Below are positions 1-8,784 of a stretch of 15,741 nucleotides of DNA, piece after piece (within the stretch, counting starts at the first letter, position 1; the number at the start of each line of letters is the position of its first letter). Under the pieces are notes generated by a model. The model worked only from the letters and a program-made list of their open reading frames with translations, ran no database searches and was not told the DNA's origin. Where the stretch lies: assembly GCA_964508365.1 (NCBI GenBank), contig CAZDTP010000075.1:1-15741 (forward strand). Reading direction: 5' to 3'. A program made the translations under genes and the position numbers. This DNA comes from an uncultured archaeon. GTDB lineage: Archaea; Asgardarchaeota; Lokiarchaeia; Sigyniarchaeales; SOKP01.

Positions 1-1
1 A

Positions 2-721
2 ACTTAATGGTTCAGACCAACTTAAATCTTCTCGGAGAATGGCGGTTCTAAAATCATTCACACCTCCTAAAGTTGCATTCATAACTGAACATAAGGTAAT
101 TATATAAGTAATAAATTCAGCTCCTAATTTAGTTGAATTGATGGGCATTACCCGGAAGAAATATTTATATTTAGCATAATCATCTAAAATATTTTGACAA
201 AAAACATCCGATGAGAGACCAGTACCTAAAAAAGGGATTTTTGCGTCCATAAAAAGCTCAAGATATGCTGATACTGATTCAGTTCGATATCCACCTATAA
301 TGAAATGTGGATCATAAGATAGTATTCTATTTGCAGCGTCAATTCCCTTAGATATATCTAAAGTCTCGTTAGCTTCATCAGTGTCTTCTGCTGCTAAACC
401 TACATAAAATTGTGTTGCGTTAATGATAATACCACCAGCTTCGTTAATTTCTCTTGCTGCCAATAGTGCTCCTTTCCATGCATATTCACCCGTGATATCC
501 TTCAGGTCGTCAAGTAACCCAATTCTTATTGATTCATTTAAAGCAATCGAATCTGGAACTCCTGGAAATGTATAATTTCCCACAATAATATCAGATATCT
601 CTGGATCAAGACTCTCAACATCAATTCCCTCTCCAGCATTAAGATTAAAGTAGGTTAAACCTACTAAAAATGGAAGAGAGAATAAAAACAGAAAAGATAA
701 AGTGGCCGCTTTTTTTTTCAT
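2..721 (-). CDS. ABC transporter substrate-binding protein, branched-chain amino acid / periplasmic binding protein type 1 family (partial, runs off the window at its 3' end; absent from the ORF track)
   Basis: Manual translation from ATG at 721 gives 240 open codons: MKKKAATLSFLFLFSLPFLVG (basic N-terminus plus hydrophobic signal/anchor), IRIGLLDDL, GALLAAREINEAGG, FIIGGYRTE, KIPFLGTG, YKYFFRVMP. These blocks are typical of LivJ/LivK-like binding proteins. Confidence 0.85.
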   Translation of the reverse strand, partial: MKKKAATLSFLFLFSLPFLVGLTYFNLNAGEGIDVESLDPEISDIIVGNYTFPGVPDSIALNESIRIGLLDDLKDITGEYAWKGALLAAREINEAGGIIINATQFYVGLAAEDTDEANETLDISKGIDAANRILSYDPHFIIGGYRTESVSAYLELFMDAKIPFLGTGLSSDVFCQNILDDYAKYKYFFRVMPINSTKLGAEFITYIITLCSVMNATLGGVNDFRTAILREDLSWSEPLS

Positions 722-724
722 TAT

Positions 725-730
725 ATCACC
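725..730 (-). promoter_or_regulatory. Shine-Dalgarno site GGTGAT for the substrate-binding protein gene
   Basis: Minus strand reads GGTGAT-ATA-ATG, complementary to the archaeal 16S 3' end (AUCACC). Confidence 0.75.
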
Positions 731-949
731 ATTTAAAGATGATTAATACTCAAATAATAGGATGAATAAAAATTATCCAATGATTTCTTATATTATATAC
801 TAAAATGTCTAGCTATTTAAAATTTATAAATTTAAAAAATTTCAGTGCTACCTACCAAATGGAATTTTCTTATTTAATTTCCAATTAATGTGTTTATATA
901 AATTTGTTAAAATAAGTTTTATAAGGAGTTAAAATAAATTAGTATTATT

Positions 950-2329
<1,380 letters not shown>

Positions 2330-2416
2330 TTATTCACTAACACTTTCTTTCTTAGATCTAGAAATATATTGCCCTTCAAAAAGATTCTTGTGATGTGCTT
2401 CCCATCTTTTTCCCAT
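2330..2416 (-). CDS. Candidate upstream/leader ORF, 28 aa (MGKRWEAHHKNLFEGQYISRSKKESVSE)
   Basis: ATG at 2416 to TAA at 2332-2330, in the same frame as tpl and ending 3 nt (AAA) before the tpl ATG. No homology evidence. Confidence 0.3.
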   Translation of the reverse strand: MGKRWEAHHKNLFEGQYISRSKKESVSE

Positions 2417-2485
2417 TCAAGTGTAAATATTAAAGATTTATTACTTTCAGAGAATAAAATTAAAAATAACAGGAAAAATAAAGAA

Positions 2486-3310
2486 TCAATCCTTCTTTTT
2501 ATGTGCTTTTATTGAAAAAATCATCGGGACTGAATGCTTTAAAGTTTGAAATTCCCAATATTTATCGTCTCTTTGTTTCATATCGGGATGAATCTGAAAA
2601 AAACTAAATGGAAATTCGTGGAGAAATTCTAACTCAAAATTAACTTTTAATAATGAATTAATAACATCTCCCATTGGATGAAACCAATCGTAGGTTTCAA
2701 AATTTTGTAATTTAATATTAGGATCGGCGTATGCTCCATCATCTTCATTAAAATGATAAGGTTTTCCTTCGTTAAAGTAATCGTAGCCAACCTGAAAAGC
2801 ATCATCGTACTTTTCATCGATTAAATTGCCAAAAGGGTGATTATCAGTAATATAAAAAGTACCACCGGGTTTCAGACAATAATCGATTATTTTTGCCCAT
2901 TTATATAAATCTGGTAACCAACTGATAACGCCATTAGATGTGAAAACAACATCAAATTTATTGTCTAAGATATTTGGTATATCGTAAATATTAGCATTAA
3001 TAAAGTTAGCAGGGATATCTAATTCTTCGCTTAACTGTCGTGCAAAAGCTATAGCTTTATCTGAGAAATCTACACCAGTAGCTTTCGCCCCCATTCGCGC
3101 AAAAGAAAGCGTGTCCATACCAAAATGACACTGTAAATGTAATAATGTTTTTCCTTCTATATCTCCTATTTCTTTGCGCTCAATTGGAAAAAGAGAAGAT
3201 TTTCCCGATTTAAATCCATCTAAGTGATATGATCTCGATTTAGCATTGATCTCAACTAATTCGTTCCATCTTCTTAAATTTGTTTTAAAGTATTCCTCGT
3301 TATCTTTCAA
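2486..3310 (-). CDS. Class I SAM-dependent methyltransferase (substrate unknown)
   Basis: Motif I region LLHLQCHFGMDTL, ATGVDFS, FDVVFTS and CLKPGGTFY. TTG start with an SD-like AGTGAT at 3321-3316. Confidence 0.85.
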   Translation of the reverse strand: MKDNEEYFKTNLRRWNELVEINAKSRSYHLDGFKSGKSSLFPIERKEIGDIEGKTLLHLQCHFGMDTLSFARMGAKATGVDFSDKAIAFARQLSEELDIPANFINANIYDIPNILDNKFDVVFTSNGVISWLPDLYKWAKIIDYCLKPGGTFYITDNHPFGNLIDEKYDDAFQVGYDYFNEGKPYHFNEDDGAYADPNIKLQNFETYDWFHPMGDVINSLLKVNFELEFLHEFPFSFFQIHPDMKQRDDKYWEFQTLKHSVPMIFSIKAHKKKD

Positions 3311-3338
3311 ACAAAATCACTTATTTTATTCTGTTACT

Positions 3339-3758
3339 TTAAAACTCCATGCTCTGTAGTTCGTCTTTTGAATTAGTTGTTCCGATTAGCACGCTATTTT
3401 TCATATTCAGATTTTTAAAATTAAGAGAGCTATTCTTAGCAACAACGCAATTCTCCAGTTTAAAGTTCTCTCCAATCTTTACATTGTTAAAGATGATCGT
3501 GTTTGAAATCTCAACGTAGTCTTGAATCTCTGAATTGGCACCTATGTATACATTAGGTCCTAAAAGAACATCGTCTCCAATTTTTACATTGTCTTCTAAA
3601 TAGACGGGTTCAATAAAAGTGGGATAATCTCCCACATAATTTTCAAGACGGTTACTTAATTTTGTGAAGAACCTTTGCATTAATTCTTTAATATCTGATT
3701 TATCGATATCATCAAAATTCCTAATAAGCTCCTCAATCTTAACTAATTCTTCTTTCAT
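3339..3758 (-). CDS. Stand-alone left-handed beta-helix (hexapeptide repeat) protein resembling the C-terminal domain of NDP-sugar pyrophosphorylases
   Basis: Repeats VYLEDN-VKIGDD-VLLGPN-VYIGAN-SEIQDY-VEISNT-IIFNNVKIGEN. SD-like GAGGA at 3766-3762. No nucleotidyltransferase domain. Confidence 0.75.
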   Translation of the reverse strand: MKEELVKIEELIRNFDDIDKSDIKELMQRFFTKLSNRLENYVGDYPTFIEPVYLEDNVKIGDDVLLGPNVYIGANSEIQDYVEISNTIIFNNVKIGENFKLENCVVAKNSSLNFKNLNMKNSVLIGTTNSKDELQSMEF

Positions 3759-3778
3759 AATTCCTCAATAACTTTGGT

Positions 3779-4495
3779 TTATAATCCCATTAAATTCATT
3801 AATTTATCAATATTCTCCCCAGTTTTTGCGCTTGTTGTAATTACTTCTATTTTGGGGTTAATTTTTTTTGCATCAGAGATCATTTTATCGACATCAGTTC
3901 CAAGGCGTTCCTTTAAATCGAACTTATTAATTACGGCAATATCTGACATTTTAAAGAGCATTGGATGCTTTTCAACAACCCATTCTCCTTCAGTTGTTGA
4001 TACTACAATTAATCTCTTATCAGTTCCTAAAATAAAATCTGATGGGCATATCAAATTTCCTACATTCTCAATAAAGACAACGTCATAATTTTTTAAATCT
4101 TTGTTTTTGATTATTTTGTGAATATGATAAGCGTTTAAGGCGCATTCTCGACCTGTATTGATCTGAATGGTTTCAGCATTGTGTTTTTCAATACGATCAG
4201 CATCCAATCGAGTTGTAATATCCCCACAAATCACTAATATTCGGTATTGTGAGGACAATTTCGCGGTTATCTTTTCTAATAAAGCAGTTTTCCCTGATCC
4301 GATAGCCCCTACAATATCAAATGATTTTATATTATTATCTATAAAACTCTGATGAACTTTATTAGCTAATAAATCGTTATCTCTTTCTACTGCTTTCTTG
4401 GTCTCGATTACTTCGTCTCTTATATCATCTCGAGCTAAATTAATACTTTCGATTTCTTTAATTCTTGATATTGTTTTATCTTCCTTATCTGACAT
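3779..4495 (-). CDS. hypB: HypB-like nickel-insertion GTPase (SIMIBI G3E family), archaeal type
   Basis: P-loop GAIGSGKT, GD..T..DA.RI, INTGREC, FIENVGNLICP, VSTTEG, EKHP, INKFD. The ORF track starts at GTG 4504; ATG at 4495 is preferred. Confidence 0.85.
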   Translation of the reverse strand: MSDKEDKTISRIKEIESINLARDDIRDEVIETKKAVERDNDLLANKVHQSFIDNNIKSFDIVGAIGSGKTALLEKITAKLSSQYRILVICGDITTRLDADRIEKHNAETIQINTGRECALNAYHIHKIIKNKDLKNYDVVFIENVGNLICPSDFILGTDKRLIVVSTTEGEWVVEKHPMLFKMSDIAVINKFDLKERLGTDVDKMISDAKKINPKIEVITTSAKTGENIDKLMNLMGL

Positions 4496-4689
4496 TGAAA
4501 ACACATTGTTGTTTTTATGTTATTAATATTAGAAATAATTTCAATTTTTTGATATTCCATATTCCTTCCATATTTGGTGCTAATTACTTTTGGGATTAAA
4601 TTTCCCGTTCTTTATTATCTGTTATTTGACATCATAATAAGTTTTTTAAAAATTTATTAAATCTGATTAGAAATCCTTAATTTTAGATT

Positions 4690-4698
4690 AAAAAAAAA
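4690..4698 (-). terminator. Oligo-T (T9) putative archaeal terminator after the EamA gene
   Basis: T9 run on the minus strand about 20 nt after the stop codon at 4718. Confidence 0.4.
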
Positions 4699-4717
4699 TC
4701 AAAATAAGGATCTTCAT

Positions 4718-5629
4718 TTATTTTAAATATTTTAGCGTAATATAATTAGCTAATAGAAGAAAAAAACCTCCTATGATAGTGAAAATAGAGAGATTCTTTA
4801 AAAAAATTGCGGTATTAATAGTTGCCATAACAGGTTCAAAATACGATAAAATTATAATATTACCTCCTTTATCTTTTTTCACTCCAACATTATACAAAGT
4901 AAACGCTAAAGCAGTAGGGATAAGCCCTAGCATTAAAATAAATATTAAATCCAAAATTGTGATTCTAAATAAATCTGTAATACTAAATGGTAGAAATGGA
5001 AAAATTAAGAATACAGTTGACCATAAAGTTAAAAATGTATCAAAATTTCCATTCGAATTAATTTTTCCTCTAATTTTATAAATTTTTTTTTTAGAAAAAA
5101 TCAATATACCTAAGCAAAAACCTGAAAAAATCCCAATAACTATTCCCAAAATTAAAATTTGACCGGTCCAAAATTCCATTATAATGGATATTCCCACAAT
5201 TGCTAAAATGAAACTAATAAAGTTGATTTTTGATACTTTATCTTCTTTCGTTATTACTAAAAAGATTAATAGAAAAACACCACTAGTATATAATAAGAAA
5301 GCTGCAAAAGCATAACTAGTGAATGTTATATTCAGAAAGTAAAGATATACTACTAATGGATTAGAAATTGCTATTATAATTAAATATTTCCAGTGCATTT
5401 TGAAACACTCTTTAAAGAAAGAAATAGAAAAAGATCTTGTTATTAGCATAAATATAGTTAGAAAAGCCGCTCCAAAAATACCTCTGAACAAGACTATTGA
5501 ATAAATTGGATACCCACTTAATAAAGAAATAAATATCCCCACATTTCCCATTAAAATTCCTGATAAGAACATGCTTATTTTGGAAACTGTTAGATTAAAA
5601 TGAGCGTCATTTAATTCCTCTATGGTCAT
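4718..5629 (-). CDS. EamA/DMT family transporter
   Basis: About 300 aa with about 10 hydrophobic segments in two similar halves. VLFRGIFG, FLLYTSGVF, GLIPTALAFTLY and SYFEPVMA match DMT patterns. Confidence 0.85.
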   Translation of the reverse strand: MTIEELNDAHFNLTVSKISMFLSGILMGNVGIFISLLSGYPIYSIVLFRGIFGAAFLTIFMLITRSFSISFFKECFKMHWKYLIIIAISNPLVVYLYFLNITFTSYAFAAFLLYTSGVFLLIFLVITKEDKVSKINFISFILAIVGISIIMEFWTGQILILGIVIGIFSGFCLGILIFSKKKIYKIRGKINSNGNFDTFLTLWSTVFLIFPFLPFSITDLFRITILDLIFILMLGLIPTALAFTLYNVGVKKDKGGNIIILSYFEPVMATINTAIFLKNLSIFTIIGGFFLLLANYITLKYLK

Positions 5630-5800
5630 TGTATTGTAGAAGTTAATAATGTTTTAATTCTATTGGAATTTAATAATTCATAAACAAAATTGGTGTAAAT
5701 CTAAAAATTATCTGGTATTAATAGGCTACTTATCAACTTCATATTAATTGGGAGGAAAAGGAATAAAATTCCATTAAAAACATACCTATCTATTAATTGA

Positions 5801-7168
5801 TTAATTTTTAAATCCGCACTTAGGACAATTAGAAGTACCTCTTAAAGTGAAACCACATATCTTGCATAATTTAATAGTACTTTTTCTTGGGGGTTTCAGG
5901 GTAGTTATAGAAATCGTTTCTTTAACTTGAGTGGAACCTTCTGCTTCGCTTATTATTGTTTCAGTTGGAGATGAAAGCAGATTTCCGATTGATTCCTTCT
6001 CTTTAACTGTTATATCCTGCCCAAAATACCCTCCAACTCTGATTTTTTTAGCTGGAGGGGATTCTTGTGGAATATTGTGTAAGCTTGGAGGGGTTTTAAG
6101 AATTTCAGGATTTAGGATTCTTTCGCCAATCGTTATTTTTTGGTCTTCTTCATCAGAGGTAATTTCGTTGATCGTTTGAACCTCAGAGATATCTTCTTCA
6201 ACTTCTTCCTCCGTGATCTCTTCAATTTCTCTATCTTGCTCTACTTCTTCTACATGTTCTTCTTCATAAATCATCTTCACATAGTCTTCGTCGAGTTTTA
6301 AGAGTGTATCGCATTGGATGCATCTAAATAAGTGTTTAAAGCCTATATTATTCGATATTGAATAATCTGCAGCGCAACACGCATGATACTTAGCACCACA
6401 ATTAAAACATTTATGAACTTCGTCTGAATAAGCGCTGCAAATGGGACATACTTCTTTTTCGCAAATATCGCACTTTTCTTCATCATCAGGATCAAGCGAA
6501 ATCAAATCTACTGCTAATTTTTCATAAAAGATCTTATCTTCATTAAGCATTTGATTATCTAATTCAGGTTGTACTACAATAAATTCTGACTTACTCTGGA
6601 GTAAAGATGTGAGTATGTTTAAGAAAGATTTTTCTTCGTCACAATAGAGAACTCCTCCATGTGTTTCGCTTGTAACCACTTTCAATTTTACATCGTCGTT
6701 GTAGAACTTTTGATCTCCTACGCGGATGATGTCAATAAACGTATCAAATTTTTTCGCTTTGATTAGTAGATCGTAAAGAGCATTGTGATAATCATCAGAT
6801 AACGTACTAGGTGTGTCTGAAATTAATATTACCCTATAATTTTTTCGAGCTTCTCGACTTTTTCTGAATATATAAGCTAATATTTCGAATAACCCATTTT
6901 CAAACAAACTTCTTTCAGTTTCTCGAGTTTCCCATTTTTCGTTTAATAACTTTTCATACGATTCAAAATCACTTTCATCATAAAAAGTCACTGGATTATC
7001 CTCTTTTTGAAATAGTAAAAGACCATAAGAAGTTTGAGTATTGAATTTAGCTTTTTCTTTCATGAAAGTACTAATACTCTTGATAAGATTCTTTTTCTTT
7101 AAAAAATCTGTTATGAGATCAACGTAAAAGATAAATTCTTCAGAATTCACTGACTTTTTCTTAAACAT
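5801..7168 (-). CDS. vWA domain + PHD-like Cys/His zinc finger + acidic linker + C-terminal zinc ribbon protein (paralogue A)
   Basis: vWA elements FIFYVD, YGLLLF, SLFENGL, RVILISD, FIDIIRVG and ETHGGVLY. C-x2-C-x4-C-x2-C-x9-C-x2-C-x4-H-x-C-C-x13-H-x3-C-x2-C at about 6311-6472. Terminal CKIC..CPKC. The track starts at TTG 7180; ATG 7168 is preferred. Confidence 0.75.
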   Translation of the reverse strand: MFKKKSVNSEEFIFYVDLITDFLKKKNLIKSISTFMKEKAKFNTQTSYGLLLFQKEDNPVTFYDESDFESYEKLLNEKWETRETERSLFENGLFEILAYIFRKSREARKNYRVILISDTPSTLSDDYHNALYDLLIKAKKFDTFIDIIRVGDQKFYNDDVKLKVVTSETHGGVLYCDEEKSFLNILTSLLQSKSEFIVVQPELDNQMLNEDKIFYEKLAVDLISLDPDDEEKCDICEKEVCPICSAYSDEVHKCFNCGAKYHACCAADYSISNNIGFKHLFRCIQCDTLLKLDEDYVKMIYEEEHVEEVEQDREIEEITEEEVEEDISEVQTINEITSDEEDQKITIGERILNPEILKTPPSLHNIPQESPPAKKIRVGGYFGQDITVKEKESIGNLLSSPTETIISEAEGSTQVKETISITTLKPPRKSTIKLCKICGFTLRGTSNCPKCGFKN

Positions 7169-7269
7169 CTTACGTTCCAAGTGAAATATAAATTATATCC
7201 AAAATAAAAGTAATTTTATATACAATAATAAGAGAATTTTTATTTATTTTTATGGATTAAAATTCGAAA

Positions 7270-8649
7270 TTAAACATCAAGTTTGAATCCGCAGTAAGAA
7301 CAGGATTTTTTATTAATGTCACTCTCTTTTAATTGCGTTCCGCATCCAGGACAAGTTATAAAAGTCGATCTTTTTCGATCTTCGGAAGAACTCCAATATT
7401 TTGGAATTTCCGGTTTTTTAAGATTAATTGGTGTTGTCGAATCGATCTTATTAACATCTAACTGGCGAGATTCTTTATCTTTATCGAGACGGGTCACTTT
7501 TTCATACACTAATTTATCACCTTCTTTTTTAATAGTGTACGTCTTTCCAAAAAACCCTCCAAGCCTTACTCTTTGAACGCCTTGTTTTGATAATTCTGAA
7601 TTTGTAGTCTCAAGTGATTTTTCAGCATTTATTGAAGAATCTTCAATATCAATAGAGTCAGGTTCAGAAATAATAGTGTACTCGTTTACATCCATGCTTT
7701 CTTCTTCAGATTCTAAATATTCATCAATATTTTTAGCTGAATCCTCGAAAGGTACTACGATTTCTTCTTGTCTAATTTTTAAGAGAATCTCACATTTTGG
7801 ACACCTAAAAAGATGCGGAATGCCTATATTATTCTGAATCGTGTAATTAGTCACACAGCAATTATGAAATGCCGCTCCACATCCTTCACAAAGTTGCAAT
7901 GTATCATTTATATCAGCACAACATGGACAAATTTCTTCTTGGCATATATAACATTTCAAACCAACATCATTGGTGGGTGAAGGTTTTAAACTCTTAGCTA
8001 GACGAGAATAAAAATCATAATCATCTTTACTTATTTTAATTTTTTCTGAATTATCTCCTAATAAATTAACGATTTGTTTAGTTTCGGATAATTGTTTAAT
8101 AATCGGAAGGATATCTTTTCTATCTGAGAGATAAAATATCCCACCATTCGTGTCGCTAGCGAGTATGTTTAATTTAACATCATCTTTAAAAAATCGTTCT
8201 TCTTTCTCTGAAACTCGTATAATATCTATAAATGTAGGTATAGCTTTTATTTTAGAAACCAATCCGAATAGTGCTTCCGTATAATCTTCAGATAGATCGC
8301 TTGGTGTATCAGTAATTATGATTATTCTGTTATGTCTTGATTTTTTCTTTATACTTTCAGCGATATACGAGAAGATATAAAATAAACCATTTTCAAAAAA
8401 GGATCGCTTTTTTGGGCGAGATTTCCAATTTTCTTCAATAGCATTTTCTATAATGCTAGAATCTTTTTTACCAGTTATAAAAATTGGATTTCCTTCTTCT
8501 TGAAATATCAGTAAACCATAATGCCCTTTAATATTCGTTTTATTTTTTTGAGATATAAAATACTTAATACCTTTGATAACTTCTTTCTTCTTTAAGATGT
8601 CTTTCGTTAAATCTAAATAAAAAAAAATATCTTCGTAAGGAGAACTCAT
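7270..8649 (-). CDS. vWA domain + PHD-like Cys/His zinc finger + acidic linker + C-terminal zinc ribbon protein (paralogue B)
   Basis: Same blocks as paralogue A (IFFYLD, YGLLIF, SFFENGL, RIIIITD, TFIDIIRV, DTNGGIFY). Identical finger spacing at about 7792-7953. Terminal CPGC..CSYC. The track starts at TTG 8667; ATG 8649 is preferred. Confidence 0.75.
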   Translation of the reverse strand: MSSPYEDIFFYLDLTKDILKKKEVIKGIKYFISQKNKTNIKGHYGLLIFQEEGNPIFITGKKDSSIIENAIEENWKSRPKKRSFFENGLFYIFSYIAESIKKKSRHNRIIIITDTPSDLSEDYTEALFGLVSKIKAIPTFIDIIRVSEKEERFFKDDVKLNILASDTNGGIFYLSDRKDILPIIKQLSETKQIVNLLGDNSEKIKISKDDYDFYSRLAKSLKPSPTNDVGLKCYICQEEICPCCADINDTLQLCEGCGAAFHNCCVTNYTIQNNIGIPHLFRCPKCEILLKIRQEEIVVPFEDSAKNIDEYLESEEESMDVNEYTIISEPDSIDIEDSSINAEKSLETTNSELSKQGVQRVRLGGFFGKTYTIKKEGDKLVYEKVTRLDKDKESRQLDVNKIDSTTPINLKKPEIPKYWSSSEDRKRSTFITCPGCGTQLKESDINKKSCSYCGFKLDV

Positions 8650-8784
8650 AATGATTTTGAGTACCAATAAGATTTATAATTTAGTGTAGAAAGTTATTCT
8701 TTAAATATTTTTTTTATCTAAAAAACTTTAAAAAATAAATATTTATTGTACATATTATTAAAAAGAAAAAGGAATGAGCTTAAA

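Noticed and set aside
820-833. Perfect 14-bp palindrome AAATTTATAAATTT (similarly AATAAATATTTATT at 8734-8747)
   Set aside because: Pure A/T palindromes are expected by chance in these AT-rich spacers. The 8734 copy sits in the TrmB-like divergent promoter but has no independent support.
3779-4495. UreG call
   Set aside because: It lacks the UreG CPH motif and has HypB-type ENVGNLICP and EKHP.
4688-4717. Tiny ORF MKILILIFF immediately after the EamA stop (and a similar 14-codon ORF upstream of EamA)
   Set aside because: Very short, made largely of terminator-like T-runs; consistent with chance.
3774-5081. Plus-strand ORFs 3774..4088, 4167..4352 and 4773..5081
   Set aside because: Antisense shadows of hypB and EamA with no recognisable motifs.
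5931-7576. Plus-strand ORFs 5931..6179 and 7316..7576
   Set aside because: Antisense to the vWA paralogues. Their recurrence in both copies reflects codon bias of the real genes.
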